Position numbers and translations under genes: made by a program
From: a bacterium
GTDB taxonomy: Bacteria; Babelota; Babeliae; Babelales; GCA-2401785
Reading direction: 5' to 3'
Length of the DNA: 64,000 nucleotides
Assembly (NCBI GenBank): GCA_023249975.1
Contig: JAHFBP010000001.1
Location: 69,870 to 133,869, forward strand
The notes under the pieces: generated by a model
What the model was told of the DNA's origin: nothing
The model's input: only the letters and a program-made list of their open reading frames with translations
Databases searched by the model: none
In this document: one piece after another, positions 1 to 11,040 of the stretch
How positions within the stretch are numbered: position 1 is the first letter of the stretch
How the letters are laid out: each line of letters starts with the position of its first letter

Positions 1-232
1 TTATGGACCTTTTGATAGAGGGTACAAAGTGCACCTTTGTCATCGAATTTAAACGAAACAGTACTCCAGAAATTGCCCTAACTCAAATTGAAGAAAAACG
101 ATACTGGGAGCCATATCCAATTTTACAAAATAAAAAAATTGTATTGGCTGGAATTACCTTTAATAAGACACCAGAAGGCACCATTGTTTTGTGGAAAACT
201 AAAGATCTTTAATCAAATTTTAAAAATAAAAA

Positions 233-270
233 GGCCCCAGCAATTTAATATGCTGGGGCCTTTTTATTTT
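233..270. terminator. Rho-independent terminator downstream of groEL: 10-bp perfect stem GGCCCCAGCA/TGCTGGGGCC followed by a T-run. A-run on the other side makes it potentially bidirectional.
   Basis: Perfect inverted repeat at 233-242 and 251-260, then TTTTTATTTT. Sits 30 bp past the groEL stop. Confidence 0.7.
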
Positions 271-298
271 TAATTTAAGTACAGACTATTTCAAATCC

Positions 299-1957
<1,659 letters not shown>

Positions 1958-1965
1958 TTAATGTA

Positions 1966-2322
1966 TTACGCGCAGCTTGAATTAGATGAACATTTTCCAG
2001 TAGCACGAGCTGACACATCACAATATGCTGCGTCACTAATCGTGCCCAAAAGTTCTTCTTCGCGAAGGATTAAAAAATCTTCTCCGTCAAATTTGATCTC
2101 AGTTCCTGAGTATTTGCCGAACAAAACTTTGTCACCCACATTAACGTTGATTTTGCGAATAGATCCGTCAGCCAAAAGCTTACCCTCGCCCGTTGCCACA
2201 ACGACGCCTGATTGGGTTTTTTCTTGTGCTGAATTGGGAATAAAGATACCGCCAGATGAAATGTCTTGATTTTCGAGTCTTTTAACAAGAACTCTGTCGT
2301 ACAATGGTTTGACGTGTGCCAC
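1966..2322 (-). CDS. groES: Co-chaperonin GroES, with an unusual ~20-aa C-terminal extension containing 3 Cys
   Basis: N-terminal 95 aa match GroES (KPLYDRVLVKR...GGIFIP...GDKVLFGKYSGTEIK). The tail DAAYCDVSARATGKCSSNSSCA extends beyond the normal GroES end. Lies directly upstream of groEL on the same strand. Confidence 0.9.
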   Translation of the reverse strand: MAHVKPLYDRVLVKRLENQDISSGGIFIPNSAQEKTQSGVVVATGEGKLLADGSIRKINVNVGDKVLFGKYSGTEIKFDGEDFLILREEELLGTISDAAYCDVSARATGKCSSNSSCA

Positions 2323-2528
2323 TATACACTCCTTTATTTCTTCAATTTAAAACAGCCACATTCCAAGCATTACTGATCAGCTCTGCCGGACCAGAGGAAC
2401 CGATACCTGTTTTCCACAAAAGAATATGGAAACTCACGTATATTCCATCATTTTTGATTATAAGTTAGCCAGGGAAAAAATCAAGAAACCTTATAGTGCT
2501 CGACTCAGAAATTATAGGCGCAAAAGAC

Positions 2529-2798
2529 TCAGGCATATGCCGGGCCACCCTTGCCTGCAACGAGCAAAACAACGATCTTGTCGGTTCTGTTGCGTGAATC
2601 ACCACCACAACCACCCATCATTCTCAATGGTCTAATTAAATCAAGGTTGGCAGTCGAGATAAATAATTCTTCTTCAGTTCCGCCCCATACTTCATCTTCA
2701 AACAAATTGTTACCAATGTAAATTCCATTGTAATCAGATGAATATTCACTTTCATAACAAAGAAGAATGCCTTGCTTTGTTGATATATCGTACTTCAA
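2529..2798 (-). CDS. Hypothetical small protein (89 aa) in the groES-rho intergenic region; may be spurious
   Basis: It is the only ORF in a ~740-bp gap. The translation looks protein-like but has a Gly-rich tail. No recognisable domain. Confidence 0.25.
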   Translation of the reverse strand: MKYDISTKQGILLCYESEYSSDYNGIYIGNNLFEDEVWGGTEEELFISTANLDLIRPLRMMGGCGGDSRNRTDKIVVLLVAGKGGPAYA

Positions 2799-2963
2799 GA
2801 GGGTATCCAGGGTTAATCCGAAGGCAGAAAAGCCCTACAGGTGGGCCACTCTCAAGAGTATAGCAAGCGGACAGCAACCCACCTAAACAAAGATGTAAAC
2901 CGGCATTTTTTGCAAAAAATCTCTGTTTTACTTACCAAAAGCCTTTATCCTCGGCCTTAAATA

Positions 2964-2997
2964 GCAAAAAAGGCCCCAGAATTTTGGAGCCTTTTTT
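2964..2997 (-). terminator. Probable rho-independent terminator for rho on the minus strand
   Basis: Minus-strand RNA reads GGCUCC-AAAAUUCU-GGGGCC (6-bp stem with one G·U pair) followed by UUUUUU. Located ~70 bp downstream of the rho stop. Confidence 0.5.
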
Positions 2998-3067
2998 GAA
3001 TTCGAAATAACCCTTCGATACTATTTTTCTTGCGAAAAATACTCAGGGCATGCAGAGCGTTAAAAAC

Positions 3068-4924
3068 TTATGACTTGGACGGAGCTCCGTTTGCTCTCTT
3101 GGCATTCATAAGATCCCAGAATTCCTGGTTCGTTTTGGTTTTGCGCATTTTATCAATCATGAATTCCATAGCATCGGAATTGTTCATGGTTGACAAGAAC
3201 TTCTGCAATACCCACATGCGTTTGACTTCTTCATCAGGGAGAAGTAAATCTTCGCGACGTGTTCCAGAATCGAGGATATCAAATGATGGATAGATACGAC
3301 GATTGGAGAGTTTGCGCGTCAAATGGATTTCCATATTGCCCGTACCTTTAAACTCTTCAAAAATCACTTCATCCATACGTGATCCTGTTTCAACAAGTGC
3401 GGTTGCGATAATGGTCAATGAACCACCTTCTTCAACATTACGTGCTGCACCAAAAAATCGTTTTGGACGATGCAATGCGTTGGCATCAATACCACCAGTC
3501 AAAACTTTACCCGATGACGGAGCAAGTGTGTTGTACGCACGCGCAAGACGAGTTAATGAATCTAAGAAGATCACTACATCTTGACCACATTCGACCAAGC
3601 GCTTTGCTTTTTCGAGCACAATTTCCGCTACTTGAACGTGACGTGTTGCATATTCGTCAAAGGTTGAACTGACCACTTCACAATTGACAGAACGTTGCAT
3701 GTCGGTCACTTCTTCTGGACGCTCATCAATCAACAGAACAATAACTTTTGATTCTGGATGATTTTTGATAATTGCGTTGATCAAATCCTTTTGCAGAACC
3801 GTTTTACCCGTTCGAGGTGGAGCTACGATCAGCCCACGCTGACCTTTACCAATAGGAGCAAGAGTCTGCAAAATACGTGTTGAAATGATTGAAGGATCAG
3901 TTTCCAAATTAAACGGCTTATCCGGGAAAAGTGGTGTTAAGTTTTCAAATACCGTGCGATTAATACTCGCTGATGGTGATTGATAGTTAATGCTATCAAC
4001 GCGCTGGAGGGCAAAATATTTTTCACCTTCTTTTGGATGACGCAAGGTTCCTTTAACAACGTCACCGGTACGTAAACCGAATCGACGCATATGAACAGGG
4101 GACACATAAATGTCATCTGGGCCCGGAACATAGTTAAATTTAGGTGAACGCAAAAATCCAAAGCCATCTGGTAAGCGCTCAAGAATTCCGTCTCCAAAAA
4201 TCTCCACACGTTTTTCAGATTGAGCCTCAAGGATGCGGAAAATAATTTCTTGTTTTTTCAGTGCAGAGACATTCTGCAAACCAATTTTTTGTGAATACAG
4301 AATCAACGCATTAATGCCCATATCCTTGAGCTCTTGCATGTTAATTGATTCTTTAACTTCACCTGGTACAACAGACCCTTCAATTTCTTCTTCAGGCTCA
4401 CAAACAAGTGGGCGTGGGCCACGGCTGTTGCCGTTGCCATTTCCATTTCCGGAATTTCCTGAGTAGCCATTATTGCCAGAATAGCCGCCGTTACTGGAGC
4501 CACCATTGTTGCCAGAGTAACCACCGTTACCTGAGTAGCCACCATTACTGGAAGAATTGCTGTTGTTTGAGTGGCTATTATTGCTACCACCAGAATAATT
4601 ATTGTTATTGTCAGTATTATTATCGTCGCTACCACCAGGAATATTGCCACTACTTGAGTTGCCGATAGTATTGCCATCAACTGGTCGCTCTTGTGAGTCA
4701 GGTCGTGGAGAAGGCGAACGATATGGGCGTGGTGCTCCGGTTCGCGGTGCGCCGGTCCTCGGCTTGCGCACAGGAGCTTTGGTGCCATCTTCAGAATTTT
4801 TACGCACGGCACCTTCTTTGGATGCATCATCACGTTGCTGACGAGGAGTATACGGACGTGGTCGACGAGGAGTGTCGTCCTTCATAACCATACGTGGAAC
4901 AAAATCTTTAGAATAGTCTGACAT
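3068..4924 (-). CDS. rho: Transcription termination factor Rho with a ~195-aa N-terminal extension (basic RP-rich segment plus N/G/S/Y low-complexity repeats)
   Basis: C-terminal ~420 aa form a canonical Rho: N-terminal helix bundle ([19 protein letters not shown]), OB-fold/RNA-binding motif (FGFLR), Walker A (GKTVLQ) and ATPase core. The N-terminus reads MSDYSKDF...[15 protein letters not shown]... followed by GGYSGNNG-type repeats. Confidence 0.93.
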   Translation of the reverse strand: MSDYSKDFVPRMVMKDDTPRRPRPYTPRQQRDDASKEGAVRKNSEDGTKAPVRKPRTGAPRTGAPRPYRSPSPRPDSQERPVDGNTIGNSSSGNIPGGSDDNNTDNNNNYSGGSNNSHSNNSNSSSNGGYSGNGGYSGNNGGSSNGGYSGNNGYSGNSGNGNGNGNSRGPRPLVCEPEEEIEGSVVPGEVKESINMQELKDMGINALILYSQKIGLQNVSALKKQEIIFRILEAQSEKRVEIFGDGILERLPDGFGFLRSPKFNYVPGPDDIYVSPVHMRRFGLRTGDVVKGTLRHPKEGEKYFALQRVDSINYQSPSASINRTVFENLTPLFPDKPFNLETDPSIISTRILQTLAPIGKGQRGLIVAPPRTGKTVLQKDLINAIIKNHPESKVIVLLIDERPEEVTDMQRSVNCEVVSSTFDEYATRHVQVAEIVLEKAKRLVECGQDVVIFLDSLTRLARAYNTLAPSSGKVLTGGIDANALHRPKRFFGAARNVEEGGSLTIIATALVETGSRMDEVIFEEFKGTGNMEIHLTRKLSNRRIYPSFDILDSGTRREDLLLPDEEVKRMWVLQKFLSTMNNSDAMEFMIDKMRKTKTNQEFWDLMNAKRANGAPSKS

Positions 4925-5225
4925 AGAAAAAACCTTTTAAGAACGAACAGCAACTCTCTTTATTTCAAGTGCTGATAATATTTCACACAAGAGTTGTGTA
5001 AAAAAACATTAATACAAAAACTTTGGGTAGATGATTTCAATAGTTAAATCGTGATTTTTATAGTGAGTCGATAAAAAAAATGAGCATCGTGCTCAGAAAA
5101 AACCCCCTCTTTTTTCTCACAAATTTTTGTAAGTTGCCGACCAGATTTAATCCAGTCGGCAAACTTTTTTCATTGTCCACAAGCGTGAATCAATGCAGAA
5201 CATCAAAGAAAGAGTCCGTGATGCC

Positions 5226-6104
5226 TTATAACTTTGTTCCAGCAACTGCGAGCATAACTGGGCTTGCAATATAAATGGAAGAATACGTACCGACAACAAT
5301 AGCAATCATCATGGTCAACGAAAAAGCTTCAAGCGCCTCTCCGCCAAACAGATAGAGTACCGTTACTGATAAGAATGTTGCAAAACTGGTCAAAAGCGTT
5401 CTGCGTAATGTCTTGTTCAAACTATAATTAACAAGATCATACGCGGCTTGAGTGCTCGCAGGAGGAGTCTTTGCGGCACATTCACGAATTTTACTAAAAA
5501 TAATAATAGTATCATTCAGCGAATAACCAAGTAACGCAATAATCGCCGCAAGGACATGTTGAGAAAATGCCATTTTGGTAATGAGTAAAAAACTCAAAAT
5601 TGCCAACAAGTCATGCCCCAAAGAAACAATGGCTCCAAGTCCATATGCAAAGCGAAAGCGTGCTGCAATATAAATTAAAAGAGCAATCAAGGCCAAAATG
5701 ATCGATTTGGCAGCATTCCAACAAACTTCTTTACCGGCCTCTGGTCCAACGTGATCAACACTGGAAACAACAAAAGTGTGATCAGAGAGCTTATCGCTCA
5801 CCTTTCGCTTGAATCGCTCGCCAATATTGGCACCTTCTTCATCAGATTTAATACGAACCAAAAATTCGTCTGACGTAGAACCAAGAGTTTGAATAGTTGC
5901 ATGACTCCAACCAGAATGTTCAACTGCTGAACGAACCTTGGCGATATCAACAACTTTTTCAAACTTGAGCCGGAGCTCAGAACCACCTTCAAAGTCTATG
6001 TGATAGGCAAATCCATTATTCTTAACGTAACCAAAAATTCCAACACCCAAAACAGCTATTGAAAGAACCAAAAAAAAGTAACGGTATTTCAAAAAATCTA
6101 CCAT
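5226..6104 (-). CDS. secF: Protein-export membrane protein SecF
   Basis: 292 aa. N-terminal TM segment followed by FEGGSELRLKFEK periplasmic domain and C-terminal multi-TM region typical of SecF. No adjacent secD. Confidence 0.85.
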   Translation of the reverse strand: MVDFLKYRYFFLVLSIAVLGVGIFGYVKNNGFAYHIDFEGGSELRLKFEKVVDIAKVRSAVEHSGWSHATIQTLGSTSDEFLVRIKSDEEGANIGERFKRKVSDKLSDHTFVVSSVDHVGPEAGKEVCWNAAKSIILALIALLIYIAARFRFAYGLGAIVSLGHDLLAILSFLLITKMAFSQHVLAAIIALLGYSLNDTIIIFSKIRECAAKTPPASTQAAYDLVNYSLNKTLRRTLLTSFATFLSVTVLYLFGGEALEAFSLTMMIAIVVGTYSSIYIASPVMLAVAGTKL

Positions 6105-6247
6105 TGCACAGCCTTGTGGTTAACGAAAAAAATGATTTAAGATCTCAAAGTCACAAACTTAAAAAAATCTTATATGCCTTAAGCAATTGCTTGAGCTACC
6201 AGCTCGATGAATTGCCAACGTAGTAAGTTGCGAACTCACTGAGTTTG

Positions 6248-6502
6248 TTATTCTGGAACAACAGACACAAAAAGTCTACCGCGAACACCTGTACGAAATT
6301 GCACGATACCTTCTGATGTTGCAAAAAGAGTATCATCACCACCGCGATCAACACCTGATCCAGGATGAAACTTAGTACCTCTTTGACGAATCAAAATTTC
6401 GCCAACGCCAACATATTGTCCACCAAAACGTTTGCAGCCTAGTCGTTTACTTTGACTATCGCGACCATTCCCGGTTGATCCACCCGTTTTACTTGTTGCC
6501 AC
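6248..6502 (-). CDS. rpmA: 50S ribosomal protein L27
   Basis: 84 aa. Motifs [22 protein letters not shown] and [11 protein letters not shown] match L27. Confidence 0.92.
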   Translation of the reverse strand: MATSKTGGSTGNGRDSQSKRLGCKRFGGQYVGVGEILIRQRGTKFHPGSGVDRGGDDTLFATSEGIVQFRTGVRGRLFVSVVPE

Positions 6503-6649
6503 TTATGTGCCACCTTCTTATAATTTTTCGAACAGATATGAAATTGCATGGAGTATCCTCTGACGAGGAACATTGTTAGTTTGCCCCTATTTTATTCGAA
6601 AGTCAAAAGCCCTCAGGATTTCCGGGTTTTTTAGCCCTTTTTTTCGAAT

Positions 6650-9385
6650 TTATTTGGAAACGTCACCCCAATTTTTGCCCCATGCGGTCGAAACATTCAA
6701 CGGAATGGCCCAATTAACCACACTTTGCATCATTGAAGTCACAAGTTTGCAGACCATCTCTTTTTCTTCAATTTTCACCTCAAGCAGCAATTCATCATGA
6801 ATCTGAAGCAAAAGCCGACTCTTAAGATTATGTTCTTTGAGTGCGTTTTCAATTTTGATCATGGCAAGACCAATAATTTCAGCCGTAGTGCCCTGAATCA
6901 CAGTGTTAACCGCAGCCCGACGAGCCGCTTCAAACATTATGCGATTTTTTTCACGCAAACCGCCCAAATAGCGCCGACGACCCAAAAAAGTTTGTACATA
7001 ACCGTTTGCGATCGCAAATTCTTCCACACTTTTTTGCCATGGAGACACAGCAGGATACTGCTGAAAATACCGATCGATGTAAACCTTGGCTTCACTTGGA
7101 GAGATTTTCAGCTCACGAGAAAGCCCAAATGGCGTCAGGCCATAAATGATACTGAAATTGATGCGTTTACCGATGCGTCGCTCATTTTCCGTCAGAGCAT
7201 CACCCGAAACTGAAAAAATCTGACGAGCTGTTTCGGTATGAATATCGCGGCCATGGGCAAATGCGTCAATCAAATTGGCATCGTTGGTGAAATGAGCCAA
7301 AACGCGCAATTCCATTTGGGAATAGTCGACTGACAAGAAATCATATCCTTCAGTTGCAACAAAAGCCTCACGCACTTTATGGCCATATTCACCCATAGTT
7401 GGAATGTTTTGCAAATTAGGATCACTACTGGCAAGCCGGCCGGTTGCGACAGTGGTTTGATAGTAAGTAGTATGAATGCGACCCGTAAAAGGACTGATAG
7501 TTTCTGGAAGTGGTACCAAATAAGTGCTTTTTAATTTTGCAAACTCTCGATATTCCAACAAAAGCCCTGGCACAGGATGGATCTCTGCCAACTGCAGTAA
7601 GACCGCATGGTCAGTTGATCGCTCATTTTTGCCTTTTTGGGGGGATTTGAGCCCAATGACATCGAACAACAATTCAGCCACTTGCTTGGGAGAGTTACAA
7701 TTGAAAACCTCCGCTTCCCGTGGTCCTTTGGCTGCCTCAACAGCTCCTTTAATTTTCAGTTCAATATACTGCAATTGCCGATCTATAACCTTTTCAAGCT
7801 CTTTCAATTTTGACGCATCAAGCAAAATGCCCGCTTGTTCCATATCGCACAACACCCACATCAAGGGCATGTCGAGATTGCGATATAACTTTTCCAGCTT
7901 AGCTTCTGCCGCCAATAATGGATTGAGGTACTGGTATAACTTAAAAGTCTGCAAAGAATCATGTGCCGAATAGGCTGCTGCAATGGCCAGGGGAACTTTG
8001 TCAAAAGATTTGTATTCTTTCAAAAGCCCCTTGCATTCAACCATGGCCTCATTCAAGACACGATGCGACATCGCCTTGAGTCCAATTTTTTCATCTTCTT
8101 TACGCAAAATATTGGCCATAATTAACGTATCTTCAATTGGTGCGACTATAATGACGCCAAAATTAAGCAAAATACGCAGATCATATTTGGCATTATGCAT
8201 AACAAAACGAACGCTTTTAAGACTAAAAATTTCATTCAAAGCGGAACTAATCTGCTCATTGGTTAATTCTGTTTCAATATGTGCGCCAATTGGCAGTGGA
8301 ATGTAGTACGACATTGAATCTGAAAATGCACACGAAAAGCCAACCATTGTGCAATGCGAAGGGTCAAGTCCGGTAGTTTCGGTATCAAAGGCACAAAGTT
8401 TTTGCTGCTTAATGGCATCAACCAATGCGTCCAATTGTGATTTCTTTACCACAACTTCATGTGGAATTGATTCAATATTTTTGCTTACAACCTGCTCTGC
8501 TTGTTTGTGAGCAGAAGCCGGAGTAAGGCTTGTAAACTCAAGTCGCTTGAATTCAGGATAAGCATAGCTCCAATTTTCAATATGATATTCAAACGTATTT
8601 TCATGTGACTCTGGCATAGGAACTTGAATCAATTGAAAGAGTTGATAACTCAAAAATGCATTTTCCTTGCCTGCTTCAAGCAACATTTTTGTGCGTTTTT
8701 TTTCAATTTCATCAAGACGCGAATACATCTGTTCAAGTGAGCCAAATTTTTGCGTTAAATCAGTCGCTGTTTTGTCGCCTATTCCCGCAACGCCCGGAAT
8801 GTTGTCACTCGTGTCACCTACCAATGCGTGATATACCTGAAGATGTGCGGGCTCAAAACCATAGGCTTTGACAAATGCATCATGATTATACGTCGTATTA
8901 AACATAGGATCGAACGTTAAAACCCGATCGGTGATCAACTGGCGCAAATCTTTGTCGGGTGAAACTATAACAATTTCCATATCGGGATTATTTTTTACGA
9001 CAGTTGCAATAATGTCATCCGCTTCATACCCCACAACTTCAAGTTGCGGCATTTTGATATCTGACAAAATTTTCTTAATATCCGTACGCTGAATCGCCAA
9101 CTCACTGGGAGTTGCCTGCCGCGTTGCTTTATAGTCAGCAAAAAGTTCTGTTCTTCCAGATGTTCCATGATCCCAAACAACGGCTATTTGAGTCGGATTG
9201 CACACGTCCAAGAGTCTTTTGATAGCCTTAAAAAAACCATAGGTCGCCTGAGTTGGCGTACCATCCGATGTCTTCAGCGGCTTAAGTCCATAGAATGAGC
9301 GATAGAGCAGTGATGAACCATCGATGAGGAACAGAGCATTTTTAGGCAGATTTTTCACAACAATCTCACAAGACGATTCAATCAC
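6650..9385 (-). CDS. polA: DNA polymerase I (5'-3' exonuclease + 3'-5' exonuclease + polymerase domains)
   Basis: 911 aa. N-terminal FEN-like domain, polymerase motifs DYSQMELRVLAH, RRxAKxxNFGxxYG-like (RRIGKRINFSIIYG) and QIHDELLLE. Confidence 0.95.
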   Translation of the reverse strand: MIESSCEIVVKNLPKNALFLIDGSSLLYRSFYGLKPLKTSDGTPTQATYGFFKAIKRLLDVCNPTQIAVVWDHGTSGRTELFADYKATRQATPSELAIQRTDIKKILSDIKMPQLEVVGYEADDIIATVVKNNPDMEIVIVSPDKDLRQLITDRVLTFDPMFNTTYNHDAFVKAYGFEPAHLQVYHALVGDTSDNIPGVAGIGDKTATDLTQKFGSLEQMYSRLDEIEKKRTKMLLEAGKENAFLSYQLFQLIQVPMPESHENTFEYHIENWSYAYPEFKRLEFTSLTPASAHKQAEQVVSKNIESIPHEVVVKKSQLDALVDAIKQQKLCAFDTETTGLDPSHCTMVGFSCAFSDSMSYYIPLPIGAHIETELTNEQISSALNEIFSLKSVRFVMHNAKYDLRILLNFGVIIVAPIEDTLIMANILRKEDEKIGLKAMSHRVLNEAMVECKGLLKEYKSFDKVPLAIAAAYSAHDSLQTFKLYQYLNPLLAAEAKLEKLYRNLDMPLMWVLCDMEQAGILLDASKLKELEKVIDRQLQYIELKIKGAVEAAKGPREAEVFNCNSPKQVAELLFDVIGLKSPQKGKNERSTDHAVLLQLAEIHPVPGLLLEYREFAKLKSTYLVPLPETISPFTGRIHTTYYQTTVATGRLASSDPNLQNIPTMGEYGHKVREAFVATEGYDFLSVDYSQMELRVLAHFTNDANLIDAFAHGRDIHTETARQIFSVSGDALTENERRIGKRINFSIIYGLTPFGLSRELKISPSEAKVYIDRYFQQYPAVSPWQKSVEEFAIANGYVQTFLGRRRYLGGLREKNRIMFEAARRAAVNTVIQGTTAEIIGLAMIKIENALKEHNLKSRLLLQIHDELLLEVKIEEKEMVCKLVTSMMQSVVNWAIPLNVSTAWGKNWGDVSK

Positions 9386-9539
9386 GATATACTGGTATTA
9401 TAACCCAATTTAATAAAGGGCACACCTTGACGCTAAAAGTTATTTAACCCTAAAACCGCATTCCCTGAGTGTTTTGCGAAATTATTATGAGCAAAATATA
9501 TCGAAGGGTTGGTTGGTATAAAAAAATTAAGAGGATCTC

Positions 9540-9959
9540 ATGAAATACCTTGGAATTGACTGGGGCGACAAATGGGTCGGTATGGCTATTTCAGATGCCA
9601 TTGGCATGACCTGCCGCCCCTACAAAACAGTTGCAACACCACAATCATTCAATGCCATTATTGAAATTGTGGCATTAGAAAAAATAACTACAATTGTCGC
9701 CGGAATTCCAATAACTATGGGTGGGACGGTGAGCGATCAAACACGCAGAGCGCAACAACAGACGGCTATGCTCAAACAAAAGCTTGCTGATGCGGGGCAT
9801 ATAATTGAAATCATTGAATGGGATGAGCGATTGAGCAGTTCACATGCTCAAACTATTGCCCAACAAAAGGGTGAAAAGAAATCGGACATCATCCACGCTC
9901 GAGCAGCAGCGTTTATTCTTCAAAACTACCTCGACCATCAAGCATTTGATCGTGCTTGA
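9540..9959 (+). CDS. ruvX: Putative pre-16S rRNA nuclease / Holliday junction resolvase-like YqgF
   Basis: 139 aa. N-terminal LGIDWGDKWVGMAISD is the YqgF/RuvX signature. Confidence 0.85.
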   Translation: MKYLGIDWGDKWVGMAISDAIGMTCRPYKTVATPQSFNAIIEIVALEKITTIVAGIPITMGGTVSDQTRRAQQQTAMLKQKLADAGHIIEIIEWDERLSSSHAQTIAQQKGEKKSDIIHARAAAFILQNYLDHQAFDRA

Positions 9960-10106
9960 AAAAAACTATCCCTGTATAACCCTTGGGCTATCTCTTTTTT
10001 TTGCAAAGATTTGACTATTCAAGCTACACTATGGTCAAGTGAGGGGTGAAACATTCTTTTGATCTTTGAAAGAACTTATCACCACTAACAAGGGAGGGGG
10101 GAGAAC

Positions 10107-10289
10107 ATGAGATGTCCCAAATGCGAGGGATTGATGATCGTGCAAACGTTTTTCAATCACTTCATTAATTTTGAGGGCTGGAAATGTTTAAACTGCGGTA
10201 AGGTCATCGAAAAAAAAGAAAACACCCTGAAAGACAACGCGTTTAGTCTTTTTTACCAACGCCAGCGCACCAAAGACGAAGAAGAATAA
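10107..10289 (+). CDS. Small zinc-ribbon protein (60 aa; CPKC...CLNC)
   Basis: Two CxxC pairs. Strong Shine-Dalgarno (AAGGGAGGGGGGAG) 6 nt upstream of the ATG. Sits between ruvX and tsaB on the same strand. Confidence 0.55.
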   Translation: MRCPKCEGLMIVQTFFNHFINFEGWKCLNCGKVIEKKENTLKDNAFSLFYQRQRTKDEEE

Positions 10290-10317
10290 CCACACACAAA
10301 ATACGAAACACACAAAC

Positions 10318-11022
10318 ATGTCATACATATTTTTAGCGCTCCAAGGCAGTTATTCTTCTACTTCAATTACACTTTTTCGTAACAACGAAGAAATACTGAC
10401 CCTTGGTGGCGAAAGTATTCGCGCGAGCTCACAACTGGTTCCAGAGCTAGACCAACTTTTAAAAAAAACGGGCCACACCCTTTCCGACATTCAATTCATG
10501 GCTGTCGAACAGGGGCCCGGAGCCTTTACGTCATTACGCGTAGCTATTACCACCGCAAATGCTATTGGATTTGCGACAAACATCCCACTCGTAGGTATTG
10601 ACGGACTGCATGCGCTGGCACACGAAGCAGCACAATCACTGTGTCCTTCAGAAACCACTCATATTGTCCCCATTCTCAATGCCTACAATGATGAAGTGTA
10701 TTATGGCATTTACCCACTTATCGGCACAGAGTGCGGCCAAGCCCTTGAGCATGGGTATGAAAAAGTTTCCGCATTGCGTCAAAAACTCGTGTCTCAACCG
10801 GCAATCAAGCCGTTTGTGCTCGGCAATGGAACGATTTTACACCATGAGTTTTTTAAACAAGCTTTTGGAGAAAACCAGGTTTTAACTAATAAGAAACACA
10901 TGCAGTCATCTATTCAAAACATTGCACGAATGGGACTTGCTGCCTGGAAATCAAATCACGAGCAAGGCGAAAAAAAACTCACTCCGCTGTATCTCAAAAC
11001 CCAGACATTTGCAACGCGCTAA
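10318..11022 (+). CDS. tsaB: tRNA threonylcarbamoyladenosine biosynthesis protein TsaB (YeaZ)
   Basis: 234 aa. Motif GPGAFTSLRVAITTANAIGFA...PLVGIDGLHALA resembles TsaB/YeaZ (GPGSFTGLRIG). Confidence 0.7.
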   Translation: MSYIFLALQGSYSSTSITLFRNNEEILTLGGESIRASSQLVPELDQLLKKTGHTLSDIQFMAVEQGPGAFTSLRVAITTANAIGFATNIPLVGIDGLHALAHEAAQSLCPSETTHIVPILNAYNDEVYYGIYPLIGTECGQALEHGYEKVSALRQKLVSQPAIKPFVLGNGTILHHEFFKQAFGENQVLTNKKHMQSSIQNIARMGLAAWKSNHEQGEKKLTPLYLKTQTFATR

Positions 11023-11040
11023 CGCCCATAGGTTCAAGAA

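Noticed and set aside
1-273. Two short plus-strand ORFs at the window start (3-212, 88-273)
   Set aside because: Truncated at the window edge, overlapping each other and the groEL terminator. Cannot be supported.
2323-3067. SRP RNA, RNase P RNA or a tRNA in the groES-rho gap
   Set aside because: I could not find the conserved SRP domain-IV motif (GGAAGCAGCC with AGGxCAGG), the RNase P P4 strands (AGGAAAGUCCGGGC / ACAGAAnCCGGCUUA), or a T-loop GGTTCGAATCC.
4233-4887. Alternative-frame ORFs inside the rho 5' region (4303-4833 minus, 4408-4668 plus, etc.)
   Set aside because: They arise from the tandem nucleotide repeat encoding the Rho low-complexity extension. The rho frame is continuous with the conserved Rho core.
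5226-6104. Possible missing secD next to secF
   Set aside because: SecF is intact and only 292 aa (not a SecDF fusion). secD is presumably encoded elsewhere. Nothing in the flanking sequence suggests a remnant.
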